A DNA stretch of 17,312 bases from a virus (lineage: Duplodnaviria; Heunggongvirae; Uroviricota; Caudoviricetes), in IMG/VR virus record IMGVR_UViG_2850790056_000002, one strand, 5' to 3'. The number at the start of each line of letters is the position of its first letter. Position 1 is the first letter of the stretch. Positions 7,523-17,312 of this stretch are shown here, in pieces. The position numbers and the translations under genes were made by a program. The notes under the pieces are model-generated. The model saw nothing but the letters and a program-made list of their open reading frames with translations, was not told the DNA's origin and did not search any database.

Positions 7523-8341
7523 ATGTGTCAGGTATTTGGTGTATCCAGGAGCGGTTATTACAACTGGGTACAGCATGAACCCTCAGACAGAAAACAAAGT
7601 GATGAGCGGCTAAAACTGGAGATTAAGGTGGCACATATCCGCACTCGCGAAACATATGGAACCCGGCGGCTCCAGACGGAGCTGGCAGAGAATGGCATCA
7701 TCGTTGGTCGTGACCGACTGGCACGTCTTCGTAAGGAGCTAAGGCTACGCTGTAAGCAGAAACGCAAGTTCAGAGCGACTACGAACTCGAACCACAATCT
7801 GCCAGTTGCGCCAAATCTGCTGAACCAGACGTTCGCTCCTACAGCACCAAATCAGGTCTGGGTGGCGGACCTGACGTATGTTGCCACACAGGAGGGATGG
7901 TTGTACCTCGCTGGCATCAAAGATGTTTATACGTGCGAAATTGTCGGCTACGCCATGGGAGAGCGCATGACAAAAGAGCTGACAGGTAAAGCCCTGTTTA
8001 TGGCGCTCAGGAGCCAGCGCCCACCTGCCGGGCTAATCCACCACTCTGATCGAGGTTCACAGTACTGCGCATACGATTACCGGGTCATACAGGAGCAGTT
8101 TGGTCTGAAAACATCAATGTCGCGTAAAGGTAACTGTTACGACAACGCTCCGATGGAAAGCTTCTGGGGAACGCTGAAAAATGAGAGCCTGAGCCACTAT
8201 CGTTTTAATAACCGGGATGAAGCCATCTCAGTAATACGGGAATACATTGAGATTTTCTACAATCGTCAGCGTCGTCACTCTCGTCTGGGGAATATCTCCC
8301 CGGCAGCCTTCAGGGAAAAATATCATCAGATGGCTGCTTAG
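7523..8341 (+). CDS. IS600 OrfB (DDE transposase catalytic domain; normally made as OrfAB fusion by -1 frameshift)
   Basis: 272-aa ORF in -1 frame relative to orfA with DDE-type motifs (WVADLTY..., HSDRGSQY..., NAPMESFWGTLK); stop tag at 8339-8341. Confidence 0.9.
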   Translation: MCQVFGVSRSGYYNWVQHEPSDRKQSDERLKLEIKVAHIRTRETYGTRRLQTELAENGIIVGRDRLARLRKELRLRCKQKRKFRATTNSNHNLPVAPNLLNQTFAPTAPNQVWVADLTYVATQEGWLYLAGIKDVYTCEIVGYAMGERMTKELTGKALFMALRSQRPPAGLIHHSDRGSQYCAYDYRVIQEQFGLKTSMSRKGNCYDNAPMESFWGTLKNESLSHYRFNNRDEAISVIREYIEIFYNRQRRHSRLGNISPAAFREKYHQMAA

Positions 8342-8507
8342 AAAAAGAACAAATGGTAGTGTCCGCTATTGCCAGTACACCTCAAATCCCCCTGTGCGGA
8401 GGGGCAATCAGCGAGTAGGTATATGGGATAATCGCGGATTCAGGTGCTGGTACTGAATTCACCGGGAGGCACCCGGCACCATGCAATGGCACATAGCGCC
8501 ACTCTCC

Positions 8508-8535
8508 AGCCCCTCTCCGGAGGGGCTGTTTATAT
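8508..8535 (+). terminator. candidate rho-independent terminator
   Basis: 8-bp GC-rich stem agcccctc/gaggggct with tccg loop (8508-8527) followed by gtttatattgatttt. Confidence 0.4.
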
Positions 8536-8560
8536 TGATTTTGTCAGATGTGAGTAAACT

Positions 8561-8592
8561 CCTTATGGACTTTGTTGTTTTAGTCCATAAGG
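8561..8592. repeat. perfect 11-bp inverted repeat with 10-nt T-rich spacer
   Basis: ccttatggact (8561-8571) and agtccataagg (8582-8592) are exact reverse complements. Confidence 0.7.
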
Positions 8593-8734
8593 ACATATTT
8601 GCAGAGTGCAACGGTTATTAAAGCATTCATTCAATACGTTATCTGTATTTGTAGGGCATTCCTGGCTGTTTTTGATTAAATTCCAGAATGTTTTATTGAA
8701 TGGTACTACGTTGTAAATGGGGTGATGCTTCCAA

Positions 8735-9145
8735 TTAGTAGAACATGTGTTTTTCAATAAACGTCCCGATGACTTTTTCGTGGATCTCTACTGAACGCGA
8801 GAAGCAGATTGTTTTACGAGCCAAGCGCTTAATGCGGGTGCGCAGCGTCAGGTTATTGCGCTCAATCCGTTGGGTGAATATTTTTCCGGTCAGATGCTTA
8901 TCCTTCGGCACCTCCCGGCCATAGCTGCCCCAGTCGTCGCTGGTGATCATGCCGATGTTGAATGGCGTAAGCAGTGCCAGTAGTTCCCGGCAGGTTTCAT
9001 CGGTACGGGGACCAAAAGTGTAGGCCAGTCCCCCCCCCTGTTTTGGTGTTATACGCGTACCAGAGCCAGTGTTGCCGGGCTTTACTGCCAACGAAACTCC
9101 ATTGCTCATCAAGTTCGCAGATAAGCGCCACATCAGCATGAGCAA
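8735..9145 (-). pseudogene. insB: IS1-family insB with +1 frameshift in a homopolymer tract (9 C on the plus strand at 9030-9038, versus G7 then T in copies A and B)
   Basis: ORF-track protein fuses an out-of-frame N-terminus (MLMLMW...TPKQGG) to the InsB frame (GLAYTFGPRTDETC...); ORF is 411 nt versus 410 nt for the equivalent span in copy B. Confidence 0.7.
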
Positions 9146-9157
9146 CGGGCGAAGACG

Positions 9158-9430
9158 TTATTCGCTTTGGCGTGAGTTTTTTAAAGTCCGGATGACGGTG
9201 TTAATGCCAATTTTCAGTGTCCTGGCGGTATCGCGAACCCCGGCGCCATTGAAGGCCATTTCAGTGATCAGCTCTTTAATGCCCGGCTTACGGGCCTCAT
9301 AAGTGTAAGTGAGCTGAAAAACGCGGTGGCAGTCACGGCAGCGAAATCTGTCATGGCCTTTAGGGTTCTGACCATGGCGGTAGACCTGTGCAGACTGACA
9401 ACGAGGACAATGAATGTTAACGCTGGCCAT
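9158..9430 (-). CDS. insA: IS1-family InsA (divergent type)
   Basis: Protein identical to ORFs 1-273 and 6114-6386. Confidence 0.9.
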   Translation of the reverse strand: MASVNIHCPRCQSAQVYRHGQNPKGHDRFRCRDCHRVFQLTYTYEARKPGIKELITEMAFNGAGVRDTARTLKIGINTVIRTLKNSRQSE

Positions 9431-9515
9431 GAAAGAACCTCAAAAGCCCGCATTATACATCAGATTCAACTAATTAGAGGCATCACCAGTTATTTTTCAG
9501 ATGGTGGAAAGAACC

Positions 9516-9743
9516 ATGGCATTTAAACACTATGATGTTGTCAGGGCGGCGCCGCCGTCAGATCTTGCGGAAAAGCTGACACATAAACTGAAAGAGGGCT
9601 GGCAGCTGTTTGGTAGTCCGGTGGCCATAACCCCTTATACCCTGATGCAGGCGATTGCAGCAGAAGGTGATGTGGTGGTCAGTGGTGCAATTGAGCCGGA
9701 GTGGTACTACGTCATCGTATTGGCCCGGCATTCCAGGCCATAA
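9516..9743 (+). CDS. small late-region prophage protein of unknown function (possibly DUF1737-like)
   Basis: ATG at 9516 with GGAAAG RBS (ORF-track frame opens at 9501); lies upstream of the holin gene in the late region; family name is a tentative recollection. Confidence 0.35.
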   Translation: MAFKHYDVVRAAPPSDLAEKLTHKLKEGWQLFGSPVAITPYTLMQAIAAEGDVVVSGAIEPEWYYVIVLARHSRP

Positions 9744-10100
9744 AAGACAGTCTGGCAGTGGGACTAAATGCACTGACGCTGACGGATATTACCAAAAATG
9801 CAACGTATGGCGTTGAGATAGAAAGTCTGGTGCTGGAGATAAATGCACCGGCATCATCATAAAAAGTGAGCCAGTCAAACGGAAGGTATCGTTAAACTCA
9901 CCGGTAGTGTCAGTGGGTCGTCTGAGACGCTTGCATTAGTTATCAGAGCCATCAGTAGTTAACTGGTGGCTTTGTTATTGTTGTCAGCTTCCGGATAACG
10001 GGAGACGGGTAGACTGGCCCCCTGAATCTCCAGACAACCAGTATCACTTAAATAAGTGATAGTCTTAATACTAGTTTTTAGACTAGTCATTGGAGAACAG

Positions 10101-10466
10101 ATGATTGATGTCTTAGGGCCGGAGAAACGCAGACGGCGTACCACACAGGAAAAGATCGCAATTGTTCAGCAGAGCTTTGAACCGGGGATGACGGTCTCCC
10201 TCGTTGCCCGGCAACATGGTGTAGCAGCCAGCCAGTTATTTCTCTGGCGTAAGCAATACCAGGAAGGAAGTCTTACTGCTGTGGCCGCCGGAGAACAGGT
10301 TGTTCCTGCCTCTGAACTTGCTGCCGCCATGAAGCAGATTAAAGAACTCCAGCGCCTGCTCGGCAAGAAAACGATGGAAAATGAACTCCTCAAAGAAGCC
10401 GTTGAATATGGACGGGCAAAAAAGTGGATAGCGCACGCGCCCTTATTGCCCGGGGATGGGGAGTAA
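10101..10466 (+). CDS. insC: IS2 InsC (OrfA)
   Basis: 121-aa product [24 protein letters not shown]... ; the ORF-track frame opens upstream at 10056. Confidence 0.9.
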
Positions 10467-11329
10467 GCTTAGTCAGCCGTTGTCTCCGGGTGTCGCGTGC
10501 GCAGTTGCACGTCATTCTCAGACGAACCGATGACTGGATGGATGGCCGCCGCAGTCGTCACACTGATGATACGGATGTGCTTCTCCGTATACACCATGTT
10601 ATCGGAGAGCTGCCCACGTATGGTTATCGTCGGGTATGGGCGCTGCTTCGCAGACAGGCAGAACTTGATGGTATGCCTGCGATCAATGCCAAACGTATTT
10701 ACCGGATCATGCGCCAGAATGCGCTGTTGCTTGAGCGAAAACCTGCTGTACCGCCATCGAAACGGGCACATACAGGCAGAGTGGCCGTGAAAGAAAGCAA
10801 TCAGCGATGGTGCTCTGACGGGTTCGAGTTCTGCTGTGATAACGGAGAGAGACTGCGTGTCACGTTCGCGCTGGACTGCTGTGATCGTGAGGCACTGCAC
10901 TGGGCGGTGACTACCGGCGACTTCAACAGTGAAACAGTACAGGACGTCATGCTGGGAGCGGTGGAACGCCGCTTCGGCAACGATCTTCCGTCGTCTCCAG
11001 TGGAGTGGCTGACGGATAATGGTTCATGCTACCGGGCTAATGAAACACGCCAGTTCGCCCGGATGTTGGGACTTGAACCGAAGAACACGGCGGTGCGGAG
11101 TCCGGAGAGTAACGGAATAGCAGAGAGCTTCGTGAAAACGATAAAGCGTGATTACATCAGTATCATGCCCAAACCAGACGGGTTAACGGCAGCAAAGAAC
11201 CTTGCAGAGGCGTTCGAGCATTATAACGAATGGCATCCGCATAGTGCGCTGGGTTATCGCTCGTCACGGGAATATCTGCGGCAGCGGGCTTGTAATGGGT
11301 TAAGTGATAACAGATGTCTGGAAATATAG
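10424..11329 (+). CDS. insD: IS2 InsD (OrfB, DDE transposase)
   Basis: 301-aa ORF overlapping insC in a different frame; DDE-type motifs. Confidence 0.9.
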
Positions 11330-11347
11330 GGGCAAATCCAACGGGGT

Positions 11348-11563
11348 ATGGACCAGATGGAAAAAATCACAACAGGTGTGTCATACACCACGTCAGCGGT
11401 GGGAACGGGCTACTGGTTCCTGCAGTTGCTGGACAGGGTTTCCCCGTCTCAGTGGGCGGCAATAGGCGTGCTGGGGAGTCTGCTGTTTGGGCTGCTGACA
11501 TATCTGACTAACCTGTATTTCAAAATCAGAGAGGACCGTCGTAAGGCGGCACGGGGAGAGTAA
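11348..11563 (+). CDS. class II holin / pinholin (phage 21 S-like, EssD-like) with dual-start motif
   Basis: 71-aa product ...[50 protein letters not shown] closely matches S21/EssD as recalled; two in-frame Met codons (M1, M4). Confidence 0.8.
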   Translation: MDQMEKITTGVSYTTSAVGTGYWFLQLLDRVSPSQWAAIGVLGSLLFGLLTYLTNLYFKIREDRRKAARGE

Positions 11564-11567
11564 TTCA

Positions 11568-11753
11568 ATGACTCAAAACTATGAACTGGTTGTGAAAGGG
11601 ATCCGCAATTTTGAGAATAAGGTTACGGTAACTTTAGCATTACAGGACAAAGAACGCTTTGACGGTGAAATTTTTGACCTGGACATCTCGCTGGACCGTG
11701 TTGAAGGTGCCGCGCTGGAGTTTTATGAGGCAGCGGCCAGAAGGAGCATCTGA
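11568..11753 (+). pseudogene. YdfR-like (DUF1327-like) lysis-cassette gene, 3'-truncated by IS600
   Basis: ORF begins 5 nt after the holin stop; its stop codon tga (11751-11753) is the first three bases of the IS600 terminal repeat; family assignment from recollection of Qin gene order essQ-ydfR-rrrQ. Confidence 0.45.
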
Positions 11754-12187
11754 GGTGTACTGGCAATAGCGAACACTACCATTTGTTCTTTTTTTAAGCA
11801 GCCATCTGATGATATTTTTCCCTGAAGGCTGCCGGGGAGATATTCCCCAGACGAGAGTGACGACGCTGACGATTGTAGAAAATCTCAATGTATTCCCGTA
11901 TTACTGAGATGGCTTCATCCCGGTTATTAAAACGATAGTGGCTCAGGCTCTCATTTTTCAGCGTTCCCCAGAAGCTTTCCATCGGAGCGTTGTCGTAACA
12001 GTTACCTTTACGCGACATTGATGTTTTCAGACCAAACTGCTCCTGTATGACCCGGTAATCGTATGCGCAGTACTGTGAACCTCGATCAGAGTGGTGGATT
12101 AGTCCGGCAGGTGGGCGCTGGCTCCTGAGCGCCATAAACAGGGCTTTACCTGTCAGCTCTTTTGTCATGCGCTCTCCCATGGCGTAG
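11751..12187 (-). mobile_element. IS600 fragment (copy 2): 3'-terminal ~437 bp including the right inverted repeat, inverted orientation
   Basis: Plus strand reads tgaggtgtactggcaatagcgaacactacc... (IS600 right end, reverse complement); homology ends at 12187 where the IS911 terminus begins. Confidence 0.85.
11794..12187 (-). pseudogene. IS600 orfB, C-terminal fragment
   Basis: 128-aa ORF identical to the C-terminal part of OrfB from copy 1; terminates with taa rather than tag. Confidence 0.85.
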
Positions 12188-14338
<2,151 letters not shown>

Positions 14339-14532
14339 AGTCTGATGTCTTTATCACCGTCAGCTTTTCCCTGATACGCAGCAATAATCAGCCCGCCAAT
14401 GTCAGGGTCTCCCCATCTGTTGCGGACAGAGCTCGCCGCGATTCTGTAAATAATATCTTCTGCGGTTATATTTATTTTCACCCAGTCAGTCAGAAATCCA
14501 GATAAGAGCCGGTAGCAGGCGTGATAAATGGG
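14339..14532 (-). other. 194-bp orphan coding fragment between two IS600 copies, open on the minus strand (remnant of a deleted gene)
   Basis: One minus-strand frame has no stop across the whole segment (...TDWVKINITAEDIIYRIAASSVRNRWGDPDIGGLIIAAYQGKADGDKDIR...); family not recognised. Confidence 0.35.
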
Positions 14533-14596
14533 TGAGGTAGCCTGAGTTTAACGGACACTCCTTCCTGAAATAGAATGGCATCAGAAGGAGCTAATA

Positions 14597-14899
14597 ATGA
14601 GCAGAAAAACCCAACGTTACTCTAAAGAGTTCAAAGCCGAAGCTGTCAGAACGGTTCTTGAAAATCAACTTTCGATCAGTGAAGGCGCTTCCCGATTATC
14701 CCTTCCTGAAGGCCCTTTAGGACAATGGGTTACCGCCGCCAGAAAAGGGCTCGGTACTCCTGGTTCCCGCACGGTGGCTGAACTGGAATCTGAAATTCTG
14801 CAACTGCGTAAGGCGTTAAATGAAGCTCGCCTTGAGCGAGATATATTAAAAAAAGCAACAGCGTATTTTGCACAGGAGTCGCTGAAAAATACGCGTTAA
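14597..14899 (+). CDS. IS600 OrfA
   Basis: 100-aa ORF, one substitution (T to P) relative to copy 1. Confidence 0.85.
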   Translation: MSRKTQRYSKEFKAEAVRTVLENQLSISEGASRLSLPEGPLGQWVTAARKGLGTPGSRTVAELESEILQLRKALNEARLERDILKKATAYFAQESLKNTR

Positions 14900-14934
14900 T
14901 CGAACAATGGCGACAACAATTTCCCATTGAAGCG

Positions 14935-15254
14935 ATGTGTCAGGTATTTGGTGTATCCAGGAGCGGTTATTACAACTGGGTACAGCATGAACCCTCAGAC
15001 AGAAAACAAAGTGATGAGCGACTAAAACTGGAGATTAAGGTGGCACATATCCGCACTCGCGAAACATATGGAACCCGGCGGCTCCAGACGGAGCTGGCAG
15101 AGAATGGCATCATCGTTGGTCGTGACCGACTGGCACGTCTTCGTAAGGAGCTAAGGCTACGCTGTAAGCAGAAACGCAAGTTCAGAGCGACTACGAACTC
15201 GAACCACAATCTGCCAGTTGCGCCAAATCTGCTGAACCAGACGTTCGCTCCTAC
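14935..15254 (+). pseudogene. IS600 orfB, truncated after ~106 codons by the adjacent IS600 copy
   Basis: ORF-track 14935-15267 ends ...NQTFAPTEVA; the last codons derive from the terminal repeat of copy 5. Confidence 0.85.
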
Positions 15255-16520
15255 TGAGGTAGCCTGAGTTTAACGGACACTCCTTCCTGAAATAGAATGG
15301 CATCAGAAGGAGCTAATAATGAGCAGAAAAACCCAACGTTACTCTAAAGAGTTCAAAGCCGAAGCTGTCAGAACGGTTCTTGAAAATCAACTTTCGATCA
15401 GTGAAGGCGCTTCCCGATTATCCCTTCCTGAAGGCACTTTAGGACAATGGGTTACCGCCGCCAGAAAAGGGCTCGGTACTCCTGGTTCCCGCACGGTGGC
15501 TGAACTGGAATCTGAAATTCTGCAACTGCGTAAGGCGTTAAATGAAGCTCGCCTTGAGCGAGATATATTAAAAAAAGCAACAGCGTATTTTGCACAGGAG
15601 TCGCTGAAAAATACGCGTTAATCGAACAATGGCGACAACAATTTCCCATTGAAGCGATGTGTCAGGTATTTGGTGTATCCAGGAGCGGTTATTACAACTG
15701 GGTACAGCATAAACCCTCAGACAGAAAACAAAGTGATGAGCGACTAAAACTGGAGATTAAGGTGGCACATATCCGCACTCGCGAAACATATGGAACCCGG
15801 CGGCTCCAGACGGAGCTGGCAGAGAATGGCATCATCGTTGGTCGTGACCGACTGGCACGTCTTCGTAAGGAGCTAAGGCTACGCTGTAAGCAGAAACGCA
15901 AGTTCAGAGCGACTACGAACTCGAACCACAATCTGCCAGTTGCGCCAAATCTGCTGAACCAGACGTTCGCTCCTACAGCACCAAATCAGGTCTGGGTGGC
16001 GGACCTGACGTATGTTGCCACACAGGAGGGATGGTTGTACCTCGCTGGCATCAAAGATGTTTATACGTGCGAAATTGTCGGCTACGCCATGGGAGAGCGC
16101 ATGACAAAAGAGCTGACAGGTAAAGCCCTGTTTATGGCGCTCAGGAGCCAGCGCCCACCTGCCGGGCTAATCCACCACTCTGATCGAGGTTCACAGTACT
16201 GCGCATACGATTACCGGGTCATACAGGAGCAGTTTGGTCTGAAAACATCAATGTCGCGTAAAGGTAACTGTTACGACAACGCTCCGATGGAAAGCTTCTG
16301 GGGAACGCTGAAAAATGAGAGCCTGAGCCACTATCGTTTTAATAACCGGGATGAAGCCATCTCAGTAATACGGGAATACATTGAGATTTTCTACAATCGT
16401 CAGCGTCGTCACTCTCGTCTGGGGAATATCTCCCCGGCAGCCTTCAGGGAAAAATATCATCAGATGGCTGTGCTTAAAAAAAGAACAAATGGTAGTGTCC
16501 GCTATTGCCAGTACACCTCA
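15255..16520 (+). mobile_element. IS600 copy 5, full length (1266 bp; same 2-bp-insertion variant as copy 3), no flanking direct repeat
   Basis: Both terminal repeats present; flanks tac versus act do not match; gctgtgctt at 16467-16475. Confidence 0.9.
15319..15621 (+). CDS. IS600 OrfA
   Basis: 100-aa ORF identical to copy 1 OrfA. Confidence 0.9.
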   Translation: MSRKTQRYSKEFKAEAVRTVLENQLSISEGASRLSLPEGTLGQWVTAARKGLGTPGSRTVAELESEILQLRKALNEARLERDILKKATAYFAQESLKNTR

Positions 16521-16760
16521 ACTTGTCAGGGGGCGGTCATACAGAGGCTCACGACTGGGACCGGTGGGGATTTCAGCGCCCTGTACTCCCACCGGAACGC
16601 ATATAGTATACCCACAATATTTCATTACGGGATGTTCAGAGCATTCATTACCGGGGTCATATCGCGCCCTGTCCGGGGTGCCGGATACATATGTCTCTGG
16701 CGCAATGCTTGGGCTTTTTATTCGCACATCGTGAGGAATGGAATGCACCGTGGAAATTAA
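15657..16760 (+). CDS. IS600 OrfB with 95-codon read-through extension into flanking DNA
   Basis: Same 2-bp insertion as copy 3; 367-aa ORF runs to 16760, well past the IS end at 16520. Confidence 0.8.
   Translation: MCQVFGVSRSGYYNWVQHKPSDRKQSDERLKLEIKVAHIRTRETYGTRRLQTELAENGIIVGRDRLARLRKELRLRCKQKRKFRATTNSNHNLPVAPNLLNQTFAPTAPNQVWVADLTYVATQEGWLYLAGIKDVYTCEIVGYAMGERMTKELTGKALFMALRSQRPPAGLIHHSDRGSQYCAYDYRVIQEQFGLKTSMSRKGNCYDNAPMESFWGTLKNESLSHYRFNNRDEAISVIREYIEIFYNRQRRHSRLGNISPAAFREKYHQMAVLKKRTNGSVRYCQYTSTCQGAVIQRLTTGTGGDFSALYSHRNAYSIPTIFHYGMFRAFITGVISRPVRGAGYICLWRNAWAFYSHIVRNGMHRGN
16522..16734 (+). pseudogene. 3' remnant (about 70 codons) of a gene interrupted by IS600 copy 5; possibly a phage gene, unassigned
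   Basis: Open frame from the IS600 junction to tga at 16732-16734, 3 nt before the next gene's RBS-supported start; no 5' part in the window. Confidence 0.3.
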
Positions 16761-17312
16761 AAAAATCATTAATCCCCGTTATACCGAAAGTGGCGCAGTA
16801 GACTGTGACGTTTTTTTGACGACAGGGACCAGGCAGTCCCCTACACAGCCACTGCTGATGATGTCGCTTCGACGGGTCAGCAAATCTGGCAGGAACTGCA
16901 AAGCGGCAAATGGGGTGAGATAGCCCCATTCACTGTGACACCAGAAATGCTGGAAGCGGCCAGAGAGGCCAGACGTCAGGGAATTGAAGCATGGCGCACA
17001 GAACAGGAGGCGAAGCCGTTCACGTTTGAATGGAACGGTCGTATCTGGAATGCTGGCCCCAACTCACTGGGCCGCCTTTATCCGGTGGTAATGGCTGCGA
17101 AATCCGACATTGTACGGGACGTGATGACGTGGGGTGATGCCGATAATCAGCAGGTGAAACTGTCGATGCCGGAACTGGAAGAACTGGCGGCAGCAATGGC
17201 TCAGGCACAGGTTGAGCGCAATGACGAGATTTATCGCCGTCAGCGGGAGCTGAAGGAAGAGCTGAATAGTCTGAAGGATTTGAATTCGGTTAGGAATTTT
17301 ATCGTGGAATAA
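16738..17312 (+). pseudogene. hypothetical protein (~191 aa if intact), frameshifted at a T7 homopolymer (16811-16817)
   Basis: ATG 16738 with RBS tgagga; ORF-track splits it into 16738-16923 and 16935-17312; the second frame opens at 16809 right after the T-run; one extra T would fuse both into ...DCDVFFDDRDQAVPYTATADD... Confidence 0.4.

Larger units (their letters stand above)
7121..8384 (+). mobile_element. IS600 (IS3 family), complete copy 1, 1264 bp, flanked by 3-bp direct repeat aat
   Basis: Termini TGAGGTAGCCTGAGTTTAACGGACACT... and ...AGTGTCCGCTATTGCCAGTACACCTCA (TG...CA); orfA plus -1-frame orfB with A7G slippery motif at 7436-7443; aat at 7118-7120 and 8385-8387. Confidence 0.9.
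8721..9487 (-). mobile_element. IS1-family insertion sequence, divergent type, copy C (767 bp), inverted relative to copies A and B, no target site duplication
   Basis: Reverse complement of copy B with termini at 8721 (ggtgatgcttcc...) and 9487 (...gaggcatcacc); flanks tgtaaatgg versus agttatttt do not match. Confidence 0.9.
10010..11340 (+). mobile_element. IS2 (IS3 family), complete, 1331 bp, flanked by 5-bp target site duplication acggg
   Basis: Termini TAGACTGGCCCCCTGAATCTCC... and ...GGAAATATAGGGGCAAATCCA; insC and insD ORFs; acggg at 10005-10009 and 11341-11345. Confidence 0.95.
14533..15254 (+). mobile_element. IS600 copy 4, 3'-truncated (first 722 bp only), abutting copy 5
   Basis: Left repeat at 14533; homology stops at ...acgttcgctcctac (15254) where the next IS600 left repeat starts. 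Confidence 0.9.

Noticed and set aside
4835-9500. Shiga-toxin genes (stxA/stxB) in the canonical slot downstream of the tRNAs
   Set aside because: No ORF of the right size or composition; the slot is occupied by IS elements and a ~110-aa unknown ORF, and no StxA/StxB-like sequence is recognisable in any frame I read.

Overview
This 17.3-kb window looks like the early-late junction of a lambdoid (Qin / Stx-phage-type) prophage in an E. coli/Shigella-type chromosome, heavily eroded by insertion sequences. About 10.2 kb (~59%) is IS DNA: three copies of a divergent IS1-family element (1-709, 6057-6822, 8721-9487), one classical IS1 (4871-5638), one IS2 (10010-11340), five IS600 copies or fragments and one IS911 fragment (11751-16520 plus 7121-8384). 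Surviving prophage genes run in lambdoid order: HokD-like toxin, Rem-like ORF, a 92-aa ORF, a DUF968/YdfU-like protein with an HNH-like motif, RusA, a zinc-finger Q antiterminator, a candidate late promoter, tRNA(CAU) and tRNA-Arg(UCU), then an AT-rich cargo slot, a small late-region ORF, a dual-start pinholin and a truncated YdfR-like gene. Endolysin, Rz/Rz1 and all head/tail genes are missing; the IS600/IS911 mosaic sits in their place, followed by a gene remnant and a frameshifted small gene. No CRISPR array, rRNA or Shiga-toxin genes are present. The most interesting unexplained item is the AT-rich unknown gene sitting exactly where Stx phages carry stxAB; I did not find an obvious complete novel multi-gene system. 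All family assignments are from reading the sequence and recalled knowledge; no database search was run.
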